Both the position numbers and the translations under genes were made by a program. A stretch of DNA of 63,841 nt, counting the filler, from Globobulimina sp. (taxonomy: Eukaryota), in assembly GCA_003354225.1 (NCBI GenBank). It is 20 parts of 20 records of this genome, joined end to end, with 100 filler letters (N's around TTAATTAATTAA, not from the genome) between each part and the next. Parts side by side here need not be neighbours in the genome. Positions count along the whole stretch, not along the records: positions 9,601 to 12,700 come from PIVH01003732.1; positions 12,801 to 15,900 come from PIVH01003733.1; positions 16,001 to 19,098 come from PIVH01003734.1; positions 19,199 to 22,296 come from PIVH01003735.1; positions 22,397 to 25,494 come from PIVH01003736.1; 15 more parts are not named here. One strand, given 5' to 3'. Shown here one piece after another: positions 11,723-23,466 of the stretch. Within the stretch, counting starts at the first letter, position 1. Each line of letters opens with the position of its first letter. The notes beneath the pieces were generated by a model that was not told the DNA's origin, did no database searches, and was given only the letters and a program-made list of their open reading frames with translations.

Positions 11723-12538
11723 ATGAAAAAACAAAGGTTGGTAATATCATTGTTCTCAGTTGCTGTAATGGTCTATATTATTGTTGATGGTTATATTGCA
11801 TTGGGAATGAATAACAAAGATTTGATCAATCTGAGTACTGCAACGTCAATTGGTATCGCAGGAATACATCTGACATTGGAACATTTATTAGAGACTTTAT
11901 TGAAACATAAGTTAACTGCCGAGAGTAAATTATTATATCCCACAACCGCATGCATTCGTGATATCATCAACAATTTTGTGATGACTTTTTTGTATTTTTA
12001 TGCTGATTACGCATTTTGGTGGTTACCAACCATGTGGGGCTGTTATATGGCAGATATTATAATGTTATTAAGCAAATGGGAATATTTCAAACATAATTGG
12101 TTACAATTTGTGTTTATTCATCATTTTTGTTGCGGTATAATGGTTATCATAATACACCACACAATAAATCATAGCACTCAATCAATTCAATTGTGTGTTA
12201 TTGTATTTATGAATAGTAATACTGCGGGTTGTTTAGGTCCTATTTGGAGAGTATTTAAATGGCCATATTTTACGTACTCTGCTATTATTTGTTTTGTTTT
12301 ACAGAGATTTATAAGATTTATAGCTTATGGATTCGCATTATTGATTCCAACAGAATTGTATTTTAAATCAGGCTATAATTATATTGTGATTTTAGCGTTT
12401 GGCATATTGTTGGATGTCTGGGATATCTATCTTCAAAGTGATTCTATGCTTCGTTATTATCGAAAAACAAGAACACATACTCCAGTACATACGGTCGAGG
12501 TGTCTATGGAAGAAACTGTCGAATTAAGAAATAATTAA
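11723..12538 (+). CDS. Multi-pass membrane protein, TLC-domain-like
   Basis: 271 aa, about 6-7 TM segments, Y-x-x-D followed by a FIHH motif typical of TLC/TRAM-LAG1-CLN8 proteins. Confidence 0.55.
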   Translation: MKKQRLVISLFSVAVMVYIIVDGYIALGMNNKDLINLSTATSIGIAGIHLTLEHLLETLLKHKLTAESKLLYPTTACIRDIINNFVMTFLYFYADYAFWWLPTMWGCYMADIIMLLSKWEYFKHNWLQFVFIHHFCCGIMVIIIHHTINHSTQSIQLCVIVFMNSNTAGCLGPIWRVFKWPYFTYSAIICFVLQRFIRFIAYGFALLIPTELYFKSGYNYIVILAFGILLDVWDIYLQSDSMLRYYRKTRTHTPVHTVEVSMEETVELRNN

Positions 12539-12882
12539 TTCTGTATTTAAAATTCTATTTTTTTTCCGCTTGTGTCTTCAAAAAAACATGAATTTTATAC
12601 TATTATTACTTTGTCAGAACAAAGAACCTGTTGTACTTTTCTTCAAATATTGTACCAGCTGATAAATATATTTCCTAGTCCCCAAAGATGTGCCTAACAC
12701 NNNNNNNNNNNNNNNNNNNNNNNNNNNNNNNNNNNNNNNNNNNNTTAATTAATTAANNNNNNNNNNNNNNNNNNNNNNNNNNNNNNNNNNNNNNNNNNNN
12801 AAAATAAAAAAGAGGAGAAAGCAATGAACAGTGGATTAATAATCGTGATATTAATATTAGTATTAAATAGTTTATATTTATA

Positions 12883-13949
12883 TTATAAGAAATAATCAGG
12901 AACACGTTTTTGCAAAAGAGGTTCGCCTCTCCTCGGAGCAGGATCAAATTGCAAGAAAGTATATTCCAAATGTTCATCCATCTCCATGATGGCTGCTTGA
13001 TTACCGCAGCGATAGCAATAATTTGGAGCACTGAATATAGTCACAACGTGCTTGTCATGTCCCCAGTTATACCCTTCCATCACCAATTGGTGTGCTCGCG
13101 AGATAAGCGTCAACCCATTGGCATGGTTGTACTGTTCAGATAGATCTTGTCCAAAAGTATAGCCCGCACCGCGTGGTGAGATCCCCCATCCACATCGGTC
13201 ATCGGGGTCACTCCACAACAAATCACACATTGGGCCCTCGTGCGGCACCTCCTGCACACGATCTAATTGCAAGATATGTTCTAATGTATCGATTTGAGGC
13301 GATAAGCCGCCGTGGAGACAGAAAATCTAATTTATATTATATATTAACGCACATTCGCATTATATGAGTGCAAGGATTGGATATAACAAAATATTATATA
13401 ATTAACTTGTTTTTCAACTAATGCAGTAAGAGGAAAATAATCAAATAAATCGGTGAAAAATTTCCACACATTGGCATTGCCATATTTTCTTAGACATTCA
13501 TCATAAAAGCCATAAACCTGTGTAATTTGTCTCGATTCGTGATTGCCGCGAGTCATAGTCACCCGGTTATTGTATCTTACTTTCAAGGAAACCAATAACG
13601 ACACCGTTTCCACACTGAAATAGCCCCTATCGACGTAATCGCCCATGAACAAATAGTTTGTGTCTGGTGGACGCCCTCCAATGCGGAACAATTCCATTAA
13701 ATCATAAAATTGACCATGGATATCACCGCAGACCGTAACTGGACATTTTACGGGTTGGACATTCTTTTCTTCCACTAAAATCGCACGAGCTTTGGTACAT
13801 AATTTTGCTACAGCTGCTTCAGGCAAATGTTCGCATTTATACAATGTCTCAATCCATTCATCCAATTCGGTAACATTCACATCTAGCTTACCTCTGATGG
13901 ACTTGGTCACAAGTTTCCTATTGCCATCGTTTGTCTTTTGGTCACTCAT
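12883..13949 (-). CDS. PP2A-C: Ser/Thr protein phosphatase 2A catalytic subunit, 1 intron
   Basis: [28 protein letters not shown] and C-terminal PDYFL. Intron 13327-13406 joins VEKQ to IFCLHGG. Confidence 0.97.
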
Positions 13950-14109
13950 TATCGAACCAGACAGTCCTGACTAAGCACACACTTTCTTTGTGTGATAAAA
14001 TATGACCGATTTCCAAATTCACTCAACGTTCAATTGATGGATAAAAAAGAGCCTATGGCTATGTGGATGGAAGGTTGACTCAAAATATTTTTCTTTATCA
14101 ATCACGGCA

Positions 14110-15900
14110 ATGGCAAGCAAACCTTCCAAGAAGATTGAATCAGAGATAATATATGAATCTGCGTTATTAAAACGAGGCAAATATCAAAATACATTCAAAG
14201 AGAAATGGTTTGTATTATTACAAAATAATATGTTGATTTATTATTCATCCGAACAAAAAGCAAAAAGCAAAGATAAACCAGAATGTGACGGTACCATTGC
14301 ATTAAAAGACGTGAATAACTTTAGTGTGATTCATAATAAAAATGATAAGAAAACATTATCGCTTCCACCATCTACATATCGCCAAATTGAATTAACACGA
14401 AAATCATCAGTGATTCAACAAATACGTATAACCAAACAAACAGCAAATACGAGCACAGACTCATTTGCATTCCAATTAGATACAGCACAACGAAGCTATA
14501 TATTGGGCAGTAAGAACAGTAAAGAATTCAGGCAATGGATATTTTATTTGGAGAATATGATATTTGGTGGGATTATCTATTCGGGATATTTAATGAAACA
14601 GGGCGGGAAATGGAAGTCGTGGAAAAAGAGATGGTTTCATTTGGATAAAAATGTATTGTTATTAAAATATTATGAAACTCAAAAATTAAAAATATGGAAG
14701 GGACAAATTGACTTAGCGCTGGTGACAAATCTATGTCGCGGCGATAAAGAAACAAACGGTAAAGATTTCAGCATCGAATTAAACACAGCCGATAGGGTTT
14801 GGATATTAGCTGCAAACAACCAAAGCAATCAAAGCCAATGGATTGAGAAAATAAAACATGTCATCGATACACATAACCAAATCGATGAAAAACAAACTGA
14901 TATGAAAAACGACACACATATTGTTGATGTTACTGTGCCCAAAGTGAAAGGAGTAAGATTTGCAGATAACAATAATAATAATAATAACAATGACAATAAT
15001 AATAGTAAATATGGCATCGATTATAATTTAGATAATGAGTGGAATGCGGAAGAGTCCTCCGTAGTGTCTGTGTCTTCAGTGGTTGGCCACGAAAGAGCGA
15101 GGACGCGCATATCAATTGTAATTACATCCGCTGATCAAGAAGAAGACGAAGATGATAGCGACTATAGTTCCAGTAACAGTTCATATAAATACCGAGCATC
15201 ATTGGATGAATATGATGGTGGCTCTCTATTAAACAATTCATCATTAAATCCGATTGATACTGATGATGATGAGTTATATAAAGGATTTGTAAAATTTGAG
15301 CCAGAAAAAGAGAGTCATGCTTTTGATCATATTGTGCCAGATTTTGATAATAATCGCTTTGGACATAGCTCACAAATATCTGTTGAGAAATGGCACTGTG
15401 ATTCTTCCGATTATGATCATGAAATTGTTGATGAAAACAGCATCATTATTAAACGGACACCGTCGCCCTCTCAGACCCCAATGAAGCATCGTATTAATAC
15501 CAGCAAGTCCAAAGGATATGAATTTGTCGGATTAAAAACGCAATTTATAAATGTACATGATATTGATTTAAAAACTGCAAACAATGACTATGAGGATGAG
15601 GATGAGGATGATAATGAGAGAAAGGAAGAATATCGATATTGTGATGACCAAAGTCGACATATAAAATCAAAGAGCAGTATGAAGACCGTACAATTTGATG
15701 AAAGATTTCGTAAAATATTAAAAAAAAAGAAAAAAGAGATTGACATTGTTCAAGCGGAAGAAAGTATGATTTTGCAATGGAATCAATGTATGATTGATAT
15801 TGATATTGACAATGATGCAGCAGAGATGAAATGGAATGACATGAAAACGGATGTTTGCGTGGGGAGAGTTGCAATAATCTTACAATTTTATCATTTATGG
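14110..15900 (+). CDS. Tandem PH-domain protein, 3' truncated
   Basis: Two PH domains (LLKRGKYQNTFKEKWFVL...FRQWI and GYLMKQGGKWKSWKKRWFHL...QWIEKI) followed by an acidic low-complexity region. Confidence 0.9.
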
Positions 15901-16000
15901 NNNNNNNNNNNNNNNNNNNNNNNNNNNNNNNNNNNNNNNNNNNNTTAATTAATTAANNNNNNNNNNNNNNNNNNNNNNNNNNNNNNNNNNNNNNNNNNNN

Positions 16001-16812
16001 AACACGAATACGGATTGCAGGATGATTTTGGGCATACTCTCTGTCATAGCTTCCATTAATTGTATCATCATCTGAGTGTCGTGATATATGTATTTATTTG
16101 TCATTTAATAAAATATGAACTTAGTACCTGTTTAACTGCAGGTTCAATCTCTCCCATTTCTTGTAAACCATCTTGAATTATCTGTGCTTGCTTGTCACTC
16201 ATTTTTCCAGCTTCAATGGATTTGCTTAATTGTTGTTGTACTGCTTTTTGCTCTTTTTTCTTTATATTCGCTGCTCTTTTTGCTGCATTGTTGGTGATAA
16301 TACCTTGGGCCTCATTGAAGGACTCATAAACCACCACAAAAATATACAAATCCAATAATACCAAAACAAAATGATACCACTCACCATCATCACCTACAAG
16401 CCAGTCAAACAATGCAAATCCTAATAATAGAACTCTATAAAGGAGAAGGAATGCAATGCCGCACCAAAAGAATGTGGCCATATCGATAGACTCAAAGTTC
16501 ATTGAGTTCTCTTGTTTCATCAATTCAGCCCAATTATAAAGGACTCCAATGTCCGTAGCCGTATCCTTTCGATGTTTATTAAATATGAGATGTGCGAAAT
16601 TGCGGATATATCATATACAGAGAACATACATAAAAATGGATAAGAAGAGGCAATAATATCTTCCTCTGATTCCATAGGTCTTTGAGAAAGGATTTTGATT
16701 TCACTTTGTTGTGACTGCCTGCTTTGTAAACATAGATTGCTAAAACATGCAGAAACACGACATTGGTGGAAAAATAAGTGATGGCGACGATGGACGAGTA
16801 TTGCAGTCCCAT
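16001..16812 (-). CDS. XK-related (scramblase-like) membrane protein, 5' part, 2 introns
   Basis: Introns 16566-16629 and 16072-16127 give HFYDTATDIGV and MEAMTESMPKIILQ, which resembles the XK-family E-x-x-x-ES-x-PQ-x-x-LQ motif. Confidence 0.65.
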
Positions 16813-16858
16813 GATTGAGTAGTGAGAGTAGTAGAAAACTGTTGTTTGAAGTGAGAGA

Positions 16859-19098
16859 ATGTCAGAATCTTTGGAGCAGAAAGAGGCGGCGGACAACAAC
16901 TCGGAATGGGAGGAATCTTTGGATGCGGCGAGCCACCACGCGATGGTGCCGCATAGCGAGACTATGATCTCCGACTCTGAGGTGATTCGCCGTTTTTTGG
17001 TGACAAAGGACAAGACATTGATGGCTATGGGCTCCACCACCAAATATTTGGAGGTCTTATATGATGGCAGTGTCCGCATTCGCGACGTGAAGAAATCGAC
17101 GTATTCCGACCCAATCTCGCATCCATGGCTCGTATTTAAAAAAGACATTAGCGGCGCCGGCGAGCCTTCGCATTCTCTGAAAAACAAAAAAAAAGATAAG
17201 AAAAAGGAGAAATTGGAACAGGACAAATTGAAAATTTACATGGACGGCAAAACCAAGAAAAGATATTTCAAATTCAGCACTTTGCAGGAAAAGCAAGATT
17301 TTTTTAAGTTGATCGAGGATTTACGGCAAAAAAAAGACCGTTCCATTCAAAAGAAAAAATATTCGACGGAGCCTTTCATCTTTGCGCCGTACGAAGTCGT
17401 TGGCTTTTTCATCCGCGACGCCATCGTTTATAGGAACGGCTCGACCATCAAATATAGAGACAAATTGATAGCGATTACCAATTATCGCATCGTTGTGGTG
17501 GACCCTGATTTGGTGAATCCGTCGTCGTCTGGCTCGCCTTCGACAGATTTGAAACAGAAACACAACGAAGAGGCTGTCCACCACGTCCACCACCACCACC
17601 ACCACGAAGACAATAATTACAACAACAAATACGACCAAACCGCCACCTACAAACAAAACACACTCCGCAGAGGCGACCATATCATCCCTGCCCTGAGCAT
17701 CCCGCATCATTCTGTTTATTTGTACGACATCTCTGACAACCATCAAGTGATCAAACTGGAAACCAAGGACTATGCCACAATCACCATCGACTTATCGCAC
17801 ATCGCCAACTCGACGCTACGCACTCAGAGCTTGTTTATGATGAAACGCTATGTTAAGTTGCGAATTTGCGTAGAATATATTATATTATCTATTTTGTTGT
17901 GTTTTTGATTTGATGGATAGTTATTGCCCTCCGACGAAAAGGACATCTTTGCCTTTGCCGGCTATTTCAGTGTGACTCGCACCAAAACGCCGTGCCATTC
18001 GGAAGCAGACATCAGTAAATTGTCTGGATTTCCAGAATTAAATCGCGTCAAAGTCAAAGTGGCGCACAATCACAATGGACACCAAACCGCCATGACAGTG
18101 CACGATAAGGACAACGTGATGTCGCTCTATATGCAATTACGCGACTCTCGCTATCATATCTCGCACGTCGACGACTTGATCATGAGCGAATATCGCCGCT
18201 TAGGTTGGACTGGCGGCGGCGTGGAGGCCGCCGACGACTGTCCGTATCGCGTGACGCTGTTAAATGAGAAGTACGAACTCTGCACCACGTATCCCAAATA
18301 TTTGTTAGTTCCGTCGGCCGCGAAGGACAATTTGATCAAAAGGGCGGCGCAGCACCGCTCTCGCAACCGCTTACCGGTGATAACGTGGTGCAACTCGTAC
18401 CGCATCAGTTTGGCGCGGAGCTCCCAACCACAGGCCGGCGCCTCTCACAAACGCAACGAGTACGACGAGCGCCTGTTGCTGTTATTGAACTCTCTCAACA
18501 GTTACAGCGAAACCTTCGTGATTTGCGACTGCCGGCCTCGAGTCAATGCGATCGCCAATCAGTATATGAAAGGGAAAGGGTTCGAGGGCGACCACTACGA
18601 AAAGGCGCATATCATCTTCTTCGACATCCAGAACATCCACGAAATGCGAAAGTCGGTCAACGCGCTCAAGAAATGCTGCGAGAACCAGTTCGATAAGAAT
18701 TGGCTCAAAAACTTGCACGAAACGCAGTGGTTCCAGCACATCACCAAAATCATACAATGCTCGCGGCGCTGCGCCAACATGATCGATAAGGACAAGTACT
18801 CCGTTTTGGTGCATTGCAGCGACGGATGGGACCGAACCGCGCAGGTTTGCTGTTTGGCGCAGTTGTTATTGGACCCGTATTACCGCACTTTCTCCGGCTT
18901 CTTGCTGTTGATTCAGAAGGAATGGCTGTGGTTTGGCCACAAGTTCGCAGACCGCAACTCCAATTATAACGGCGGCAGCAACAAACACGACAAGAAACGC
19001 GAGCGTTCGCCCATTTTCCTGCAGTTTTTGGACTGCTGCTTCCAAGTTATGATGCAGTTTCCGTGGGCCTTCGATTTCACTCAGGATTTGTTGCTGCA
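16859..19098 (+). CDS. MTMR: Myotubularin-family phosphoinositide 3-phosphatase with N-terminal PH/GRAM-like domains; 1 intron; 3' truncated
   Basis: Active-site VHCSDGWDRTAQ, plus RSRNRLP, RSSQP, EWLWFGHKF and SPIFLQFLDC. Intron 17852-17920. Confidence 0.95.
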
Positions 19099-19198
19099 NN
19101 NNNNNNNNNNNNNNNNNNNNNNNNNNNNNNNNNNNNNNNNNNTTAATTAATTAANNNNNNNNNNNNNNNNNNNNNNNNNNNNNNNNNNNNNNNNNNNN

Positions 19199-19994
19199 TT
19201 GTAAACCATTTTAATCTGATTTTGCCATACAACTCATTTGAAACATGATTATTATTATTATTTATCACCAATATATTTGGATTAATTTTTAATTGCTGCA
19301 CATCTCTGCCAATTGATAACTTATTTAAAGTATTATTATAAAATCCATTATATATTTCACAAAAATTAACAAAATCAGATTCCTGTTTTATAAATGCTGT
19401 TAATTTCAGATTTATAAATTCTTGAAATAGGAAACGATGCATTAACCACAAATAATCTGTCACTTTTGTGTGTGATTGTTTTTTGAAAAATGGTAAAATT
19501 TTATCTCGAATAATTATCAAACATATTTTTAATTTATTTTCTATTTCTGTCATATTATCATATTGGTTTAATGCAAAATATTCATCATATTTATTATTAA
19601 GTATTGCTCCAAATTTATGTTTTGATATTGAGCCAGCTTTGCAATATCGATAAATATCATCCTTATAATCACTCCATTCATCATCTTCATGCGAATCACC
19701 ATCAATATCATAATGTATTTTTAATCGCGAACCAGATTTATCAATAATTGTTGCCGCATAATACATATCATTCCCACTATATCGGTGATCAATTTTATTC
19801 CCAATTTTTAATTTTTGAGCCTCATAAATGGTTAAAATATGGATTGAAAATGTTGCTATTAATATCATTTTATCAACAATCGAATTAATATCATTTGGAT
19901 TATTTACTGTTTGCATTGCTAATTCAATTTCTTTCTTATTATATCCAAATTGAATCAATTGCTTCTTTATTACATCTTCATTTAAATCATTCAT
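19199..19994 (-). CDS. UBA-like plus Tudor/MBT-like domain protein, 3' truncated
   Basis: QLIQFGYNKKEIELAM is UBA-like. LKIGNKIDHR...ATIIDKSGSRLKIHYD...DEW is a Tudor/MBT-like beta barrel. Confidence 0.55.
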
Positions 19995-20404
19995 TGTTTG
20001 TACTACAAATTGAAAATTATTCGGCTGCCATGCTCGCACTAGATATTAGCTACAGAGTTGGTACTCAAGATGTTAATTCGTGTGGATATTATATACCACA
20101 AAGCACACAAACTGTTGAAAATTTCATCAATTATTATTATTATAACTCCTGGTCAAACATACAAAAAGATTATATTTTCTGTTTCTTTATCGTCTGTGTA
20201 GATTTTTATCCCTTTTTTTAATCACAATCTCAACATCTTTATTGGCGCAACATTGCATTTCTCTTTGTGTTTTGCAATTTTTTTATTTCTTTTTTAATGG
20301 AAAATGTGTGTTTTAATTTATCTGAGAAAATATTGTATACTCAAACATATATACAACACAAACACAAACACAAAATAGTGGTTTTGTTTGGGAAAAATAA
20401 AAAA

Positions 20405-20468
20405 TGTGATGATAGGGATTTGAACCCAAATCTTCTTTCATTAGATGCTTTTCTTAAGCTATCATCAC
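20405..20468 (-). ncRNA. Degenerate tRNA-like element (pseudo-tRNA or tRNA-derived SINE head)
   Basis: Minus strand reads GTGATGA-TA-GCTT-AAGAA-AAGC-ATCTAATGAAAGAAGAT-TTGGG-TTCAAAT-CCCTA-TCATCAC-A. It has a 7-bp acceptor stem, a D stem, a B-box GGTTCAAATCC and is followed by TTTTTT. The anticodon arm is shortened. Confidence 0.6.
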
Positions 20469-20500
20469 AATAAATTGGCCGGATAATGTGGGCCAACATA

Positions 20501-22270
20501 TCAATACTCATAAAATATCAAACAATTTTTATTTTTAAATTGCTGCAAGAAATTCTTGCGGTGATAATTTTTATGCCATTGCTTCTGTTGACGTATATCA
20601 ATGAACTCAGAACTATAAAAATCATTATTCTCCATATTAATAATAAACGGATTAAATAAATCGTACCACAGCGAAGGATGGTTATTATGGATATAATTTG
20701 TTTTGATATCAATTAAATTCCAACAATCCTTAGAAATATCGTACATTTCAATGGTCCTTCCAGACAACAAATTATTTGTCACATCGCTCCCTTCGTAGCC
20801 TCCACCGATGATAATCTGTGCCAACTTGTCGTGATACAACAAACTGTGCCCACTCCTATTCAATAACATCTTTGCTCCACACGATATGTTCTCAAATATA
20901 TCCTTTTCATTATGCATATTTTGGTCAATATCGGCGATTAACGTTTTTGCTGCCGAGCAATAAAATAATTTCGAATAAGAGTCGCATAAACAAGCATTGA
21001 AATCATTGTTGACATCGCATTTGAAATGCAATTTAAACTGCAAATACTGATTCGTATCGATGTCGTACAAATATCCAAAATCTAAATAGGCGGCGTCCAG
21101 ACATATCAATTTGTGTAAGCTCGGATGATATATGCCTTTGTACGACGACATGATGCGGTTTTTGTCTTTTTTGAAGCGATAACCGCGCAAATCGTACTTA
21201 TCGAAGATAATATAATCTGTGGCCCGCGCCACGTTGTTGTATGTGATGTAAATGCTGGTCAGCTCGTTATTATTATCCATATTCGCGTCCATGGCATAGA
21301 TTGGGTTGTTTTTATAGTGCCATTTGATCCAATTTGGCAGAGATTGGTTTTTAAGCACAATCATCTCATGGATGTCGGTGATGTTTTTATTTTTCACCAC
21401 ATCGCGTATCTCGATATCAAACGATTCGTTTCTTTGCATGTCAAACACGTTCAAATTGAGAATGTTGCTATTTGCGTTTGGATGGAACGAGAATATGGAT
21501 TTTATGTAATTGCCCCAAGAGTCCGTCATTTCGAAATCGATCACAACAAACCTCGATAATAAACGTATGATATCCCACGAAATGGCAATATTTGTCTGCG
21601 TATAAATGGAGCAATACTTAGCAATGAATAAAATGAGCTGCGTTTCGTAGTTTTTATAGCAAGCAATGATGGCATTTTCTGCTTCGACTTTGTGGTTTGA
21701 GTGTAAATTGAGTTTACAATGTAATTGCAACCAAAACAGAATGCATTTGCAATGCGAAACGTCTTTAAAATTAAAAATGAGACACGGCTGCTGATAATCG
21801 AAGGTAGTTCGAAAGCCAATGTCGTAGAAAATTTGTAAAGTCGCATATAACGATAATAAGTCATCTTGGCAGATTTTCAATAAATAGATTAAATCGACGA
21901 GAATCACACGATTTTGGTTTGGTTTTTTTAAGAGGGCTTTGATGAAATTGATCAAATACGATTTGTATTTGCTCGCTTCGATGCTGTAGATATTGTCGCG
22001 AATTCGTAATAAATTGTCGATGTTGCTCAATTTGGGAGGAGTCGGTATTAATTTTAATTGCCGCGACCATATTTGTAGCTGGTCCGCAGAGATCGGTTCG
22101 TTGAATTGTTTGATGTATAATTTCCAGGATGCGATGTCAATGTCGATGATGGCTGAGATCTTATTCTCTAAATCGGCCTTGTCAAGTTTCTCAAAGCGAG
22201 CATTTGTTTTGCTGTCGGTTGTGGCCAGTGCTTCTGACTCATGGTTTACTGACGACGAACAAGTTCCCAT
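20501..22270 (-). CDS. Putative N-myristoylated protein with a C-terminal Kelch-like propeller
   Basis: Starts MGTCSS (myristoylation/palmitoylation pattern). Contains RSGHSLLY...IIIGGGY...IEMYDISKDCW. Confidence 0.7.
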   Translation of the reverse strand: MGTCSSSVNHESEALATTDSKTNARFEKLDKADLENKISAIIDIDIASWKLYIKQFNEPISADQLQIWSRQLKLIPTPPKLSNIDNLLRIRDNIYSIEASKYKSYLINFIKALLKKPNQNRVILVDLIYLLKICQDDLLSLYATLQIFYDIGFRTTFDYQQPCLIFNFKDVSHCKCILFWLQLHCKLNLHSNHKVEAENAIIACYKNYETQLILFIAKYCSIYTQTNIAISWDIIRLLSRFVVIDFEMTDSWGNYIKSIFSFHPNANSNILNLNVFDMQRNESFDIEIRDVVKNKNITDIHEMIVLKNQSLPNWIKWHYKNNPIYAMDANMDNNNELTSIYITYNNVARATDYIIFDKYDLRGYRFKKDKNRIMSSYKGIYHPSLHKLICLDAAYLDFGYLYDIDTNQYLQFKLHFKCDVNNDFNACLCDSYSKLFYCSAAKTLIADIDQNMHNEKDIFENISCGAKMLLNRSGHSLLYHDKLAQIIIGGGYEGSDVTNNLLSGRTIEMYDISKDCWNLIDIKTNYIHNNHPSLWYDLFNPFIINMENNDFYSSEFIDIRQQKQWHKNYHRKNFLQQFKNKNCLIFYEY

Positions 22271-22483
22271 TCTCTCTCAGTAACACAAAGTTTTTTNNNN
22301 NNNNNNNNNNNNNNNNNNNNNNNNNNNNNNNNNNNNNNNNTTAATTAATTAANNNNNNNNNNNNNNNNNNNNNNNNNNNNNNNNNNNNNNNNNNNNCGAC
22401 AGTAAAACGTATGTTTCCTTTGCCTCTGTTTTTGTATTTATTTATATTTAATATTATTAATGGAATGTTTTATTTGCGTTAAG

Positions 22484-22751
22484 GAGTGGTAGCAATTCGG
22501 AGGATTCTGATGATAGAAAAAAGAAAAAGAAAAACAAGAAAAAAAAACAAAAAAGTCGTTCTGACAGTGGCGAGAATGCGTTATTTGAAAACGAGGAATT
22601 GGATGATACCGAAATGAATATGGCATCAAAGACAAAGAGAGTGGTTTTGCAATTTGGTGATTTTACTGTGATGAATGTGTGGTTATTATTCTGTGTTATT
22701 GTCGTATTTAATGTTATTTTGGTTTGCATTTGGTATGCAACAAAAAAATGA
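22484..22751 (+). CDS. Last exon of a tail-anchored membrane protein
   Basis: After an AG acceptor comes a Lys/acidic stretch, then hydrophobic VWLLFCVIVVFNVILVCIWY and ATKK-stop. Confidence 0.5.
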
Positions 22752-23466
22752 ACCAATTTATGTATTTATTTATTTATTATGTTTTTTCGTACTTATTTTT
22801 TTTTAATTAATGTGTTGAGTTAGGATCTGACTTTTTTTTTATTGATTTATATTCTTGTTATTAATTTATTTATTTCTATGTATGTTTTTTTTTAATTGAT
22901 GCAGCTCCAAACTCACACTCAATCCATAAGCACAAATCTGTAGTTTTCCACAAATCTGACATCGTCGGACTTTTCTTGTTCTACGGAGTCTTCCAACGCA
23001 GTCTCTATTTCATCTATCAATGAATCAACATTTGACTGCTTCCCTGTAACTGTGCATGTAGATAACAACGTAAATTCTTTATATATGATAAGTTCAATTG
23101 CATGATATGAAATATTTTGAAACCATTATTGAATATTATGCAACGCCGAAATGAAATTAAACAAACAATCATTGTAAGTTAAGCATAAAGCATTGCTCCA
23201 TGCCATATAATATGGGACTGATGGGAGTCAGCAGGGAGTGCACAATTGCAAATAAATAAATGTTTATTGTGATTTGTGAATGATTTAACACTGGCAAAAG
23301 AATCATGTGATACATTAATAAAATACAATTATATCCTGATCTGAATGGATTTGGACTTATTGCTGTTTGTTGATAAATTAATATTTATGTTTGTTGAACT
23401 TGCTCAAGTTTTTTAGTACGTAGGAATTAAACTATTTTGGGTTGAAAACGATACAATCAATACATT

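Noticed and set aside
14965..15005. AAT, CAC and GAGACACCAAAA repeats in coding regions (also 10210-10260 and 17580-17605)
   Set aside because: These are ordinary low-complexity poly-Asn, poly-His and ETPK tracts.
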